From assembly GCF_000181795.1 (NCBI RefSeq), contig NW_003526940.1:3074497-3135698 (forward strand): a stretch of 61,202 nucleotides of DNA, given 5' to 3'. Below the pieces are notes generated by a model that worked only from the letters and a program-made list of their open reading frames with translations, searched no databases and was not told the DNA's origin. A program made the position numbers and the translations under genes. Positions 1 to 12,391 of this stretch are shown here, piece after piece; position 1 is the first letter of the stretch, and every line of letters begins with the position of its first letter. The stretch is from Trichinella spiralis. Taxonomy: Eukaryota.

Positions 1-32
1 CACGCATGCTGAATTCATGTATGTATCTCTGT

Positions 33-276
33 ATGTGTGTGTGTGTGTGTATATATATATATGAATATTGGGAAAAAGAAAATTCAATCAGTGGGGTGGA
101 TCCAATCAATAATTCGTATAAAAATTGTTTCATATTTCTTCCTGTGTATAGTAAGTATATGTGTGTGGTTCGTTCGTTCATTTTTCTACTGTGATGATGA
201 TGAATTGAAAAAGAGATGATAATCTACAGTCGTACATCTTCTCTTTCCACCTCTAACAACAAGCAATCATGTATAA

Positions 277-323
<47 letters not shown>

Positions 324-405
324 TATACGCATGTGTATAATATTTAACAACAACTAACTAACTAATCACGCAACTGTGCTCTGCATAGATAGATAGATAG
401 ATAGA
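33..405. repeat. Microsatellite cluster (TG)n, (TA)n, (CTAA)n, (GATA)n downstream of TMF1
   Basis: Directly visible simple repeats, e.g. (TA)~20 at 279-318. Confidence 0.9.
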
Positions 406-619
406 TGTGTTGATGATTTATTTGCTGGTTTTTCTATTATTGCATTTTTTTCCCTCAGTCTCTGTGATCCAGTCTGTTGTCATGCTTGTTCCGTGTGTAT
501 ACATACTTTTTTTTATTGTTCAGTCTAAAAACCAATATACTTTCGTTTTTTTTCTGATTTAATTGTTTCCTTTCATTTTCAAGCATCACAAAAAAATAAT
601 AATAATAACGCAAATAATA

Positions 620-3600
620 TTATGGTAAAGATGGCGATGCATCACCGGAAATTGCAGAACTGTTGTCGTTGCTGTTGAGCAATTTTTCTAACTGAAATGT
701 AATCAATCAATTAATCAATCGATCGATCGATCGATTATTAAAAAAACGCAAACCTGTAAACGAAACATCCGTTTCACCTCTTGCAATTCTTGCAGTAAGC
801 TTTCATTTTCTTCCACTTTTTCACCGTACATTTGCAACAATGCCTGATGCTTTTCGTTCAAATCCTAACATGCAAAAAATTGCAATCATCATCACCAAGA
901 ATAGAATAGAAGAAATATATATATATGTAGAAACAAACAAACCTGATGTAGAACGTTCAGCTCACTGTTAGCATTCAAGTTCGCTTGCAATTCGTTGCAA
1001 CTGTTCGTCAATCGGATCACTTCAGCTGCTAAACGTTCACGACCAACTTGAAGTTGTCTCAGTTCGTTCTAAAATTTTGAAACAAAAATATGGAAATTTT
1101 ATTTTCACTTATACAAACAACAAGCGAAATTTCTGTTCATTTCAATGAGAAACAAAAATAATTGAAAATTATCATCATACTTTGACCAAGGCAAGTTCAT
1201 TTTCTTTCAACTGCAATTTATCACACAATTTTTCTGAAAACGAGACCTGCTCGGATATGGAAAAACTAGCTCTATTTTCCTTAAAAATGAATAAATATTA
1301 ACTCATTATTATTATTATTATTATTGTTTTTCAATACATTGGTCGTAAAATTTTCATTTTGTTGAACAGGAATAATACCGTACTCTTCTTCTTCTCGTTG
1401 GGAAGTACAAAGTGCCGAGGAACGTTTTAATTCAGCTAATTCAAATTCTAAATTTTCATTCTTCAACTTCTGAAAAATAAATAATCAATGAACCTCTAAA
1501 GAAATAATTATTTAATTATAAAAAATAATAATAAATTGCGACTTACGCTCTCTGCCAATTGATCTTCCAATTGTTGAACTGTTTTACGATATTCCGCTTC
1601 CAAATGTTCGCATTTTTCCTAAATAATTAACAAGCTTACTGAAAACTTGAAGCATGCTTAAAAAAAATTATTTCTTTTCATTTTTATTTTACGTTGAACA
1701 TTTTCTCCACGTCAATAGCTTCAACCGGTAGTGAATGTCGTTTTTCTCGCATCAGCATCTCGTCAAACCTGTCAATTAATAATATATTTAAAAAAATACA
1801 TATACATATGCACAACAAATAAACAAACAAACAAACAAACAAACAAACAAGTACAAACGAATCACTTTTCTTGATTTTGAGAAAACGTTGAAAGTTGCTG
1901 CTTTGCAATTTGCAAATCAGTTCGAAGATGATCCCTTTCTTCAAAAGTTGCTTGTAATTCATCTTCAACACGCTTCAGTTGACTTTTCGTTGCAGAAACG
2001 GCCATTTCCAATTCGCCAACTTTTCCCAACGCTTCACCAAGCTTCTTTTCACCATGTTCTCGAGAAGAAATGGAAAAAAATGAGATAAAAGAGAAAATTA
2101 ATAAAATATTAAAAATTCAACAATTTGCCATTGCTTTTACTGATTTTTTCGTTCAACGCTCTTTCCACCGATTCCCACTGATTACGTTGTGTTGCAATTG
2201 TTGCTTGCAAATCATAAATCTGATCAAACAACGGTCTAGAAGCTGCGCAAAAAAAGCCTTCTTCTATTTCTCTTTAAACAACAAATAATCAATAAATAAT
2301 ATTCACAACATACCGACAGCAACACTTTCGCTCATGTCTTGTTTGAAAGTTTCAAAATCTTGCAATTTCTAAAATAATAATAATAAACAAAATTATCATA
2401 ATAATTTTTTCAATCAAAAAAAAAAGAATAATGTATATTTTTCACTTGCTGAAGCTGACTATTTTCCCATTTCAACGCGCTTTCACGGCGCAAACTTTCA
2501 TCTCTTATTTCTTTACTTTGCGCTGTCAAATGATCAACCTGTCAACATACAACAAAAAAAATTATTACAATTAACAAAAATAAAAACACAATAAACTTTT
2601 ATATTTTTCTGGAAAATAATTTTTTTTCATTACGAAACTTGTTTTAATAAAGCTGCCTTTTCTTGGGAAAAATGACGTTCTTGTAATTGTAATTTTTCAC
2701 GCAATTCCATTTCTTTGTTTTGGACGGTCAATTCTTTCAACTTCTGAAACAAATTTAATAATAATAACAATCGTAATACCTTTTTTTGTAATTTAAATTA
2801 TACGCTAACTTGAACTTCAAATTCAGAAGCCACTTTTAAAGCTGTAACATCTGCCAAATCTCTGAAACATTTTTCACTCGTCAATATTTGAAAACACACT
2901 TTTCTCTTTCTATATAGATAGATATACTGCAAATTCAAAAAACCAACATTGACATAGCTTTCATCTTAGCTTCGAAGAGATTGCATGTAGCTTCGTATTC
3001 TTCAATTTTGCTTTGCAATTTTCCCACCACAACATCCTGCTGTTGAAGCTTTTTTTGCAAATTAGTTATTTGTTCTACACACACATAAAAAACCTTACAC
3101 AATAAATATCACATTCAAAATTATGGAACAAAATTTTACAAACAACCTTGTTGCTCTTCGGTTAAATTTTCCTTCTTTTTGAGAACTTTTTTCACCGATT
3201 CCAATTCATTCACTGCAACACTGAAACAAACATACAAACAAACAGAGAAATAAAAAATATATTACTTCAATATGCGCCATTCAAATTTACCTCATCTTAG
3301 TAATTGTGTTGCTCGATTCTTTTTCTTTCTGACGTAATAATTTAATAATATTACTTTGCTGCAGTTCTTTTTTCGAAAGTCGCTCTCCTTCTTCCAACAA
3401 CTGTTCAATTCGATTCTCATTTTCACGTGCATGCTGTAATAATCTACAAATATTTCAAAATTAAAAAACAAACAAACAAACAAACAAACAAAATTCACGA
3501 TTTCAATTTTTCATTCTCTTTAATCAATCGACTGTTCACGTCGCTCAAAGCAGAATTTGTACTATCCTCGGCGGCCAGCTTGTCAGTAAGCTCTGCAATT

Positions 3601-4748
3601 TTCTAAACAAATTTTGAACCGTCGTAAAAAATGACAATACTCGCTTCAACTGGACACCAATTTCTGCACTCACTTTTTCGTATATGTGCAACATTTCATT
3701 CAAATGAGCGTCATTTTGGGCTAAACATTTTTCAATAATTGAAAACAAAATCAAAATCAAATATGACAACCTTTTTTTACATTTCAACTCGTTCGGATGT
3801 CGCTTTTGCAAGGACAATCGAAAAAGCGCGTACGAGCTTTGTTTGCCATTCAAATCGGACAAACAAGCCAGTCTGGCTTCATTGCCATTCCCATTATCCG
3901 AACAATAATCCTCAATCGACGTTCCAATAACTTCGATGTCGCTGGACGTTGTGGCGGTGTCCGCCTCTTCTGTAGGCGAAGTGCACACCGAACCACCACC
4001 ATTCCCCTTGCTTGCAGATTCCTTTTTCCTGTACTTGGACGAAGCTGTCGACGTTGAACAGCCTCCTGGGATGTACACGTAGCTGCTGAACGCCGAGCCG
4101 GCATTCCCAAGCGGATCCGAACAATAGTCATCCTCTTTCGTCATCGTTGTCGGCTCCACCCGACTGCACACTTCACTTATCAGAAAATTTACACACGAAT
4201 GTACGTCGTATTCGACACCAGCAAACGCCGATACTTCATCTCCACTGTCCGTACTGCAAGGCGGAGAGCCGGAGCTCGACAACACCGGCCAAGCAGCCAT
4301 TGTACGGCTTTTCGCATCGATCCCCATACGACTGGCAATCCAATTGGAACTTTCATCATCACCAGACTTGGCAATTTCAACTACATCTTCAAACAACAAC
4401 GAAAAATATTACTTTTACAACAAAATTCTAATTTACACATCAAATAATAGTGAAATGAAATTTAAAAATTATTCTTCAAAAAAAGCCACCACAACAAAGA
4501 AGTGAACTCAATAAAAACACCAACTGAAAGTACACAACAAAATAAAATGATCAACTTTTCAAAATTATCGAAATACAAAACTTTAAATAATCAGCAGCGA
4601 ATACAACAATGGCAAGATGCACAGTAGTACCATAAGGCTTCGAATCACTGTCACTCTCATCCTGAATATCAAGAACCAAATCGATCTTTTTCTGTGCATT
4701 GTATAAAGCCGACTTGGCGAGTGCAGTAAAACTTGACCAGCTACTCAT
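620..4748 (-). CDS. TMF1: TATA element modulatory factor / golgin TMF1 homolog (multi-exon, coiled-coil)
   Basis: N-terminus MSSWSSFTALAKSALYNAQKKIDLVLDI at 4748 matches the TMF N-terminal motif. Exon 864-754 translates to DLNEKHQALLQMYGEKVEENESLLQELQEVKRMFRLQ (TMF_TATA_bd C-terminal signature). Last exon 691-620 ends LP-TAA. Many short GT-AG introns separate E/K/Q-rich coiled-coil exons. Confidence 0.9.
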
Positions 4749-5708
4749 CTTTCAAGAAATATATTTTATTCTTGGCAAACATAAAATGATTTATCCTTTT
4801 TCGATATTATTTCAACAAGATTAAAAGTAAGTACAAAGTTGAACAGCACAAAAGAAAAGTATTTCACCAAACGGAATAAATATCACTAAACACAGTATGA
4901 TGGATTATTAGGCGACAATACAGTATACCAAATGCGCAAACTATCTCTATCATTGAAGTTAATTTAAAAAGCAACGAAAACTTAAAATTCAAATCAAGTC
5001 ATTTGAACAATTTCATTACTTTTAAGAAAAATTAATAAAAATTATTGATAATTTTCAACTTTATACTAATCTGTTGTCTATGCATGCTGCCAATTTACTG
5101 ATGTTAACTACTTTTAACCAAATATTAAAAGAACATGACATTTGATCACGTGGGCATCAATATACATTTATTTAATGTAAGTAGGTATGTAGAATTTTAA
5201 ATATTTTCAATTTCATTTTATTGACATTTTTTAAATTAATTTAAAGTGTAAAATACATTTATTAAATTATCAATCCTTTATTTTATTTTACTTAATTAAA
5301 GTATACTGTACATGTGTGATTAATTATATTTTTAAAGTACTGGGTGGGATAATTTGTGTGCCACAGTTTTTAATTATTGATTTTATTTTTAATCTTCTTT
5401 TTATGGAATACTTTTCAAGCGTTGTTCAATAGGGTAAATTTTGATTATAACAATTCAAAAATTTTTGTCAAAATGAATTTAAATTGAATGAATTTTTTCG
5501 AAAATGTTTATTATTTTCTAGGTTTCATTAATTAATTAAATTCAATAATTTTTAATTCATTGCAAATGCATACTGCTTTTATTGTTCGTTTTGTTGTTTT
5601 TGCATGTCATTTATTAAAAAAGATAATTTAAAAACGAAAAAGTTGTGCACGATATAATAGTTATTCATTATCAGATTGATCGATCGAGAATTTAAAAATC
5701 CTGTTCAA

Positions 5709-6695
5709 ATGGAGACAACAGAAGATGAACCGATGGAGGACTGTACGCCAAAAAAAGTGAGCAGCGAAGTTTCCAATTCCAAGCAAGAACCGAATTACGC
5801 ACTGAAATACTCGTTGGCCGGTCATAGTCGTGGTTTGTCAGCGGTGAAATTCAGCCGCGATGGGCAGTGGCTGGCCAGCGCCGGGGCTGATGCTCAGATT
5901 CTGATTTACGGCGCATTGGATGGAAAATTCGAAAAGCGTATCCAAGGGCACAAGCTCGGCCTGAACGACATAAGCTGGACCTCGGATAATCGGTACATCT
6001 GTTCTGCCAGCGATGATAAGACATTGAAAATTTTCGATTTCGCCTCTTGCCGGTGCTTGAAAACTCTCACTGGTCACAGTAACTACGTATTCAGTTGTTC
6101 TTTCAATCCTCAGTCGAACATGATCGTTTCCGGTTCCGTGGACGAATGCGTACGTTTGTGGGATGTGCGAACCGGAAGTTGTTTGAAATGGCTTCCTGCC
6201 CATTCGGAACCTGTATCCGGCGTGCATTACAACTGTGACGGTTCTTTGTTCTGTTCTGGCAGCTACGACGGACTGGTCCGACTGTGGGATTCGGCAAGTG
6301 GTCAGTGCGTAAAAACGTTGGTCGATGAAGATCATCCACCGATCTCGTATGTGAAATTTTCCCCAAACGGTCTGTACATCATGGCCGCGTCGTTGGAAAG
6401 TAAGATCAAAATATGGGACGTTCGCACTGGCAAATGCATGCGCCAGTTTACTGGTCATAAGAATGAAAAATATTGCATCGCTGTCGATTTCACTTACAAC
6501 AACAGGTGGGTAGTCAGTGGGAGTGAAGATCGAATGATTTATCTGTGGGATTTGCAAACCAAGGATGTGGTCCAACAACTGAACGGTCATGTGGACGTTG
6601 TGCTAGCCATTGCTTGTCATCCGAAACAACAGTTGATCGCATCCGGCGCCTTAGAAAACGACCGTTTAATCAAAGGATGGGTCAATGAAAATTGA
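5709..6695 (+). CDS. WDR5: WD repeat-containing protein 5-like (COMPASS WRAD subunit family), single exon, 328 aa
   Basis: Uninterrupted ORF with seven WD40 repeats and WDR5-specific strings [50 protein letters not shown]. First ATG at 5709, with a splice-acceptor-like TATCAG ending at 5674. Confidence 0.93.
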   Translation: METTEDEPMEDCTPKKVSSEVSNSKQEPNYALKYSLAGHSRGLSAVKFSRDGQWLASAGADAQILIYGALDGKFEKRIQGHKLGLNDISWTSDNRYICSASDDKTLKIFDFASCRCLKTLTGHSNYVFSCSFNPQSNMIVSGSVDECVRLWDVRTGSCLKWLPAHSEPVSGVHYNCDGSLFCSGSYDGLVRLWDSASGQCVKTLVDEDHPPISYVKFSPNGLYIMAASLESKIKIWDVRTGKCMRQFTGHKNEKYCIAVDFTYNNRWVVSGSEDRMIYLWDLQTKDVVQQLNGHVDVVLAIACHPKQQLIASGALENDRLIKGWVNEN

Positions 6696-7449
6696 AGCAC
6701 TTTTTCATTCACTTATTTGTTTTTCTCCCCTTGATCTCATTTTTCGCTGCGCATAAAATATTCAGTTTCACAATACGGTTTTTTTCTTTTTCATACCATT
6801 TAACAATGCAAAATTTATATAAAATTTTTAACAGCTTCAGTTTGCTAGCTTTGCAAATTGCAATTCTGCTCAGAGAAACAACAAAAGGAATCCGTTTGTT
6901 TCTTTTTCTTGAATTGTTCGTTTTATAAACGAACAAAAGCGAAACTATCATTTGAGAATGTTTTTTCAAAATTGATCTTATTAAACGTGCCAAGTAGATG
7001 AAGAATACAGTACGATTAATAAAATGTAAGTACATGTAATTATTTTTTCAGAAATTAAATGCTTTTATTTTATTTTATTTAATTTTATTTACTTATTTAT
7101 TTTATTTTTAAGAGAATAAAATATCAGCGATTTATAGTAAAAATTGTTTTTTTTATTTAAATTGATAATGTTCCTGACAAAATAGCAAGAATACTGTAAC
7201 ATTTGAACTTATGTATCATAATACTTCAGTGCCAGAGAATTATACTAGTGTTGTGTGTATAAGCGTGATAAAATAAAGTTTCTTCTACCCCGTAATTTTC
7301 GTCATGTCTCTGTTCGGCACTCTCCAAGTTTCAGTCGCCGCTAGATACGAAATATACAGTCCACCATCAATTATCGAAGAGTTCACGGCATCGTTTGCAG
7401 TGAACAGATGGATAATGGATGCAGCTGACAACTGTTGACGGCAGTTTAG

Positions 7450-9137
7450 CCTTCATCTGTGCGGCAAATTTTACACCTTAATCCGGGCACCTGTCTACAT
7501 ATGTAGGCACTAGAAGTTTCGTCATGCTTAATCCCTGTACATGATGTTAAACAGATTATTTTTTCAAGAACTAATGATAATTTCAAAAATACATTATTTA
7601 TTTTATTCAATGCAAGCGCTACACGATATTTTAGTGATTTTATGGCTGCTATGTATATACTTTTTTACATGAATGGCAGCGCATGTACGCTCATTTTCGA
7701 CGTCCTTGCTCTCGGCATTTTGATGGATTTTATCGTTCTATAACTGATATCTGTAACATTTATGATTTTAGGGCAGTCTGTAGTGGATGAAGATATGTTT
7801 AGTTTGTGCATAGATTTTTTCATTTTGATACCTCATTTCGATATGTTGTTTGACCAGCTGAAAGCTCTCTCATAAACGCTTCTTTGTCTTCTGATAACTT
7901 TGCTGATGTCTCATCAATAAAAATGCGTTGTTGATGCACACCTCAACCATGAAATGCAACATCAGCATGGTGTATCAGCAGTTGGGCTTTTTTTATATCA
8001 AAAATCTTCTATTCTTGCATCCATGCTATCCACACATCCTTTGCCAAGATTATAGCCATTTATGATGTTTGGTCTTTTGTCACACCTCACTGGTTGTCTA
8101 TTTTGAACTTTGCGTGGCATGAAATCAACAGAAGAACATTATTGCTGTTTTTCCTTGGCACGTAATTGATCATCGTTATTTTTTTGTTGTGCTCACAAAC
8201 AGCTAATGTAGAGCAAAAGATCACGTCGTGCTGCTTTATGCAAACATGCTAGAACATCACGGCGATGTGCAATCCCTGTACCAATAGCTGTAAGATCCTG
8301 CTCAAAAAGATGTTTCACAGTGGAATATGATGTAAAATAACAGTCCATATAAATGTTTCTGTTAAAAGTTCACAAATGGCTGTGCCAATTGCCCAACTTT
8401 GGTGCTTGCTAGACCCATTTGGGGTTCTTTACTACTTCTGCCAATATATAACAAACTTTTCAGAGCATAACCATTCTCTGCGTCACATATCCACTTGATC
8501 TTCGCACCGCACTTTCCTGGTCAAATGGTCAATGCGTATGGTAAAATGCAAAAGTGGCCTTCGCAGGTTCGCCACAACCGATTATTTATAGCAATGAATA
8601 GCTTCATAATGGATATCGCTCATCCAGTTTTTAAAGCTTCTATTAATAACTGACTGTTTTTGTCACATATTCAGCTAATAACAGTGATTCTTAAACAAAC
8701 ATCAAGAAGGTCTGAGATCACTGACAGACACTCATGAAGCATACTGTATTTATCTTTGGTGTTGACACCCTTTTTGTCTAATCTACTCTATAAAATTCAA
8801 GGAAACTTTATCGCAGATTCCATAAAGCACACGAACATGGACCACATTCAAAAATAATCAATGTGGTAACCTCTGAGCATTTTAGCTACTACAAACATGT
8901 GGATTATTTCAGTATAAGAATAAAAATAAGAGAAAGTGTTATGTGTCTACATATGTAGACAGGTGCCCGGAATATGAATAGTAAACATGAAACAATCGTT
9001 TAAAAACATCATAGATCAAAAGCATTAACTGTGAAAATAGAGCATAAAATTTTATCGAAAGTTTTGGAATTAATAAGGCTAATTATTTGTATTTAAATCA
9101 TAGCACTGTTTCAAACATCGTTTGTTTAGGATTAGGG
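7450..9137 (-). mobile_element. piggyBac-like (DDE_Tnp_1_7/PGBD4-type) non-autonomous relic, copy A
   Basis: Ends are TTAG|CCTTCATCTG (7446-) and GGATTAGGG|TTAA (-9141), i.e. CCCT(A/C)ATCC-type TIRs with a TTAA-type target site. Subterminal inverted repeat CCGGGCACCTGTCTACATATGTAG occurs near both ends. Degenerate transposase includes YNLGKGCVDSMD on the minus strand. Confidence 0.85.
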
Positions 9138-9141
9138 TTAA

Positions 9142-10490
9142 ACCTCGCTACGAAGCAGGTAAGAGAACGTTACGTTGTGCTTCGCCGGCACTGTCACTTT
9201 CAGGACAATTTTCTGAGAATTACTGCGCCGCTGGTAAAAGATGGTAAGTTTCAGCTATCCACTGGCACCGGAGTACACTATTGTACAACGCTGCGCCCGT
9301 GGCCTCGTAATACTTTTGATTCTGCGGGCTGTTTTTTGTTTTACTTCCGCCTTCTGGATGGAATAAAAAAATGCGAACCGCGAGCATGAAATCAGTGATT
9401 ATCAGTGTGAAATCAAAGAATGGTGCCGTGAAGAGTGTGAGTTGTGAGGACGCAATCGTATATAATTACCAGATTGAGTGCGAACTATTACCGTTGGTGT
9501 ATTTGAGTTCTGGTCCGGGCATATAAGCTTCATCTGGTGAATCGTACTTAATCTGTATTGCTGATTGTCGTTGAAATGTTACATCATAGACTTCTGAATA
9601 AAAGCCATCTGCCAAATTTCAGCTTTTGTTCCACTTGCTGAGCGGTCGAACTTTGAAATCAGTCGCTATGCAAAATACAGTCTACTAATGCTGAGAGTTA
9701 GTATACAGTCTGCTTTTTGTTTTGATAGCACTTGCATATTGTTACTTAGAGCCGGACTTGTCGATATAGCAATCTGCAGAATGATTCAGATCCATTAAAG
9801 ATCTGATTGTAATGTTCACCAACTGAGATGGCAAAAAAGGCGCAATGGCGCAAAAGAACAGAGTTACATTTAGTACGATCAAACGCCGAAACGGATGGCA
9901 ACGTCTTATATGGTTATCCTGAGGAACTGAAGTTACTTGTGACAACTGGAAGAGATGTGGGCGAAGCATCAAAAGTTAGCAGAGGCTTATCGCAATCCGG
10001 TGTTGATGTGGCCACTGAGAAAACAGAACTTACAGCAAGAGAAATGCTCGCTCCAGCTCGACATGGAGGAACTGAGGTGCTTACGAAGTAGTTAGCAGAA
10101 TGGAAGATGTCCACTTTTGATAGCGGCAAATTACGTTTTTCTCAACTCTGAGACCAGTTCGAAGTATGCGTCGATTTGAGGTGTGATGTGAGCGATGCGA
10201 CCAAGATCCTGGCTCTGCGTGACTGCCTGTCATGGAGCGCGCTTAAAGTTGTTCGACAGCTCAACAACACAGCAAAAAATAATCCAGTGTTGCCGTACAG
10301 TGACACATTTTCTGCTTGGTGCAGCCTCCCTGTAGCGTGAAATAACGCACAACAAGTGGGATTCTTTCGTGACGGGATCACAACGCAATTCCATGCGCTG
10401 ACTACCTTGCGGAAAAATATAGAGGAAAGCGATGTGTCATCATCAGAGGTCTTCATGTCGCTGCTTAAAACGAAGCAGCCGGACCCTGGA
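9142..10490 (+). mobile_element. BEL/Pao LTR retrotransposon fragment: LTR 3' part, primer binding site and degenerate gag (DUF1759-like)
   Basis: AATAAA at ~9362 and PBS TGGTGCCGTGA at 9421-9431. The frame from 9828 reads through stops into KMSTFDSGKLRFSQL*DQFEVCVDLRCDVSDATKILALRDCLSWSALKVVRQL, matching the BEL/Pao gag pattern F-x-G...WDQFE...D-x-TK...LR-x-CL...AL. Confidence 0.7.
9421..9431 (+). other. Retrotransposon primer binding site complementary to the tRNA-His 3' end
   Basis: TGGTGCCGTGA is the reverse complement of the eukaryotic tRNA-His 3' terminus (...UCACGGCACCA). It lies after an AATAAA-containing LTR-like segment and upstream of gag. Confidence 0.65.
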
Positions 10491-10569
10491 AACGGTCCAA
10501 TCGCTGACTTTCATGGTACGACCGATTTGAACAGCAATGGTTATCAAGCCTTGAAACGGCTAGCAGGTA

Positions 10570-11844
10570 TTCATGAGTGTCTGTCAGAACTCTTAGACCT
10601 TCTAGGCGTTTGTAAGAGTCACTGTTATTAGCTGAATATGTGACAAAAACAGTCAGTTGTTTATGGAAGCTTCAAAAACTGGATGAGCGATATCCATTAC
10701 GCAGCTATTCATTGCTATAAATAATCAGTTGTGATTGCCACTTTTGCATTTTACCATACGTATTGACCATTTGACCAGGAAAGTGCGATGTGAAGATCAA
10801 CTGGATATGTGGCGCGGTGAATGGTTATGCTCTGAAAGGTTTGTTATATGCTGGCAGAAGTAGTGAAGAACGCCAAATTGATCTAGCAAGCACCAAAGTT
10901 GAGCAATTAGCACAGCCATTTGTGAAATGTAATAGAAATGCTTTTATGGACCGTTATTTGACATCGCATTCCACTGTGCAACATTTTCTTAAGCATGATA
11001 TTACAGCTATTGGTACAGTGTTGGCACATGTTTGCCGAGATGTTCTAGCATGTTTGCGTAAAGCAGCACGACGTGATCCTTACTCGACATTAGCTGTTTA
11101 TGAGCACAGCAAAAAGGTAACGATGATCAATTACGTGCCAAGGAATAGCAGCAATAATGTTCTTCTGTTGACTTAATGCCACGCAAAGTTGGCAGTAGAC
11201 AACCAGCAAGGTGACAAAAGACCAAACATCATAAATGGCTATAATCTTGGCAAAGGATGTGTGGATAGCATGGATGCAAGAATAGAAGATTTTTGATATA
11301 AAAAAAGCCCAACTGCTGATACACCATGCTGATGTTGCATTTCATGGTTGAGGTGTGCATCAACAACGCATTTTTATTGATGAGACATCAGCAAAGTTAT
11401 TAGAAGACAAAGAAGCGTTTATGAGAGAGCTTTCAGCTGGTCAGACAACATATCGAAATGAGGTATCAAAATGAAAAAATCTATGCCCAAACTAAACATG
11501 CCTTCATCCACTACAGGCTGCCCCAAAATCATAAATGTTACAGATATCAGTTATGAAACGATAAAATTCATCAAAATGCCGAGAGCAAGGACGTCGAAAA
11601 TCAACGTAAAACCGCTGCCATTCATGTAAAAAAGTATGTGCATAGCAGCCATAAAATCACTAATATATCGTGTAGCGCTTGCATTGAATAAAATAAACAT
11701 TCTATTTGTGAAATTATTATTAGTAGTTGAAAAAATAATCATTTTAACATCACGTACAGGGAATAAATATGACGAAACTTCTTGTGTCTAAATATGTAGA
11801 CAGGTGTCCGGATTAAGGTGTAAAATTTGCCGCCCGGATGAGGG
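10570..11844 (+). mobile_element. piggyBac-like relic, copy B (5'-truncated, inverted relative to copy A)
   Basis: Reverse-complement homology to 7450-8739. ORF 10790-11176 (RNAFMDRYLTS...ITAIGT...YVPR...NVLLLT) and YNLGKGCVDSMD are piggyBac DDD-core motifs. A Cys-rich C-terminal remnant follows. Ends GGATGAGGG|TTAA (TTAA 11845-11848). Confidence 0.87.
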
Positions 11845-12391
11845 TTAAATTTTTCTCAAGTTTGCGAAGTTTCCATTTGTTTATTATTCATTTCTCATAT
11901 ATGTATTGTTGTTGATGGACTTCTTTTTGTTGAACATGCTTTTACAAATAAATATGACTGATTAAAATAATGTTGTTTGCTACATTTTGCAAAAGTGAAA
12001 GTTATGTTCGAAACATGGAATTTTATGCAAACGAAAAGTTGCGTGTTTAATTGCCTTACGTACTGTGTATCTAAATTCAAACGTATTTAATCTTAAATAA
12101 ACTCGGTTCATTGATGTAAAATTGAATCGGGGTAAAATTAAATGGGTTGCTTTAAGACTGAATGATTTTAAATCTTGATTTAAAATTAATGTTCTCAAAA
12201 GGTTAGTTAAATTTATTAATGAGCTAACTGAAAATTTTTGTTGACAGAAGGAATTTCCATGTGCAATTTGGTATGCAATAATAATACATTTTGCCATTTA
12301 TAATATATTTCTTGCTGTCAAATCTGTGAGCGATCAAGTTAATCTGAAAATTAGTCCAAATACTTCGTGCAATAACCTGCAGATACGGAAG

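Noticed and set aside
5838..6590. 250-aa antisense ORF over WDR5
   Set aside because: Shadow ORF of a GC-richer coding strand, with no recognisable motifs.
7169..7358. Possible solo LTR (TGT...AATAAA...TACA)
   Set aside because: No target-site duplication or second copy in the window to support it.
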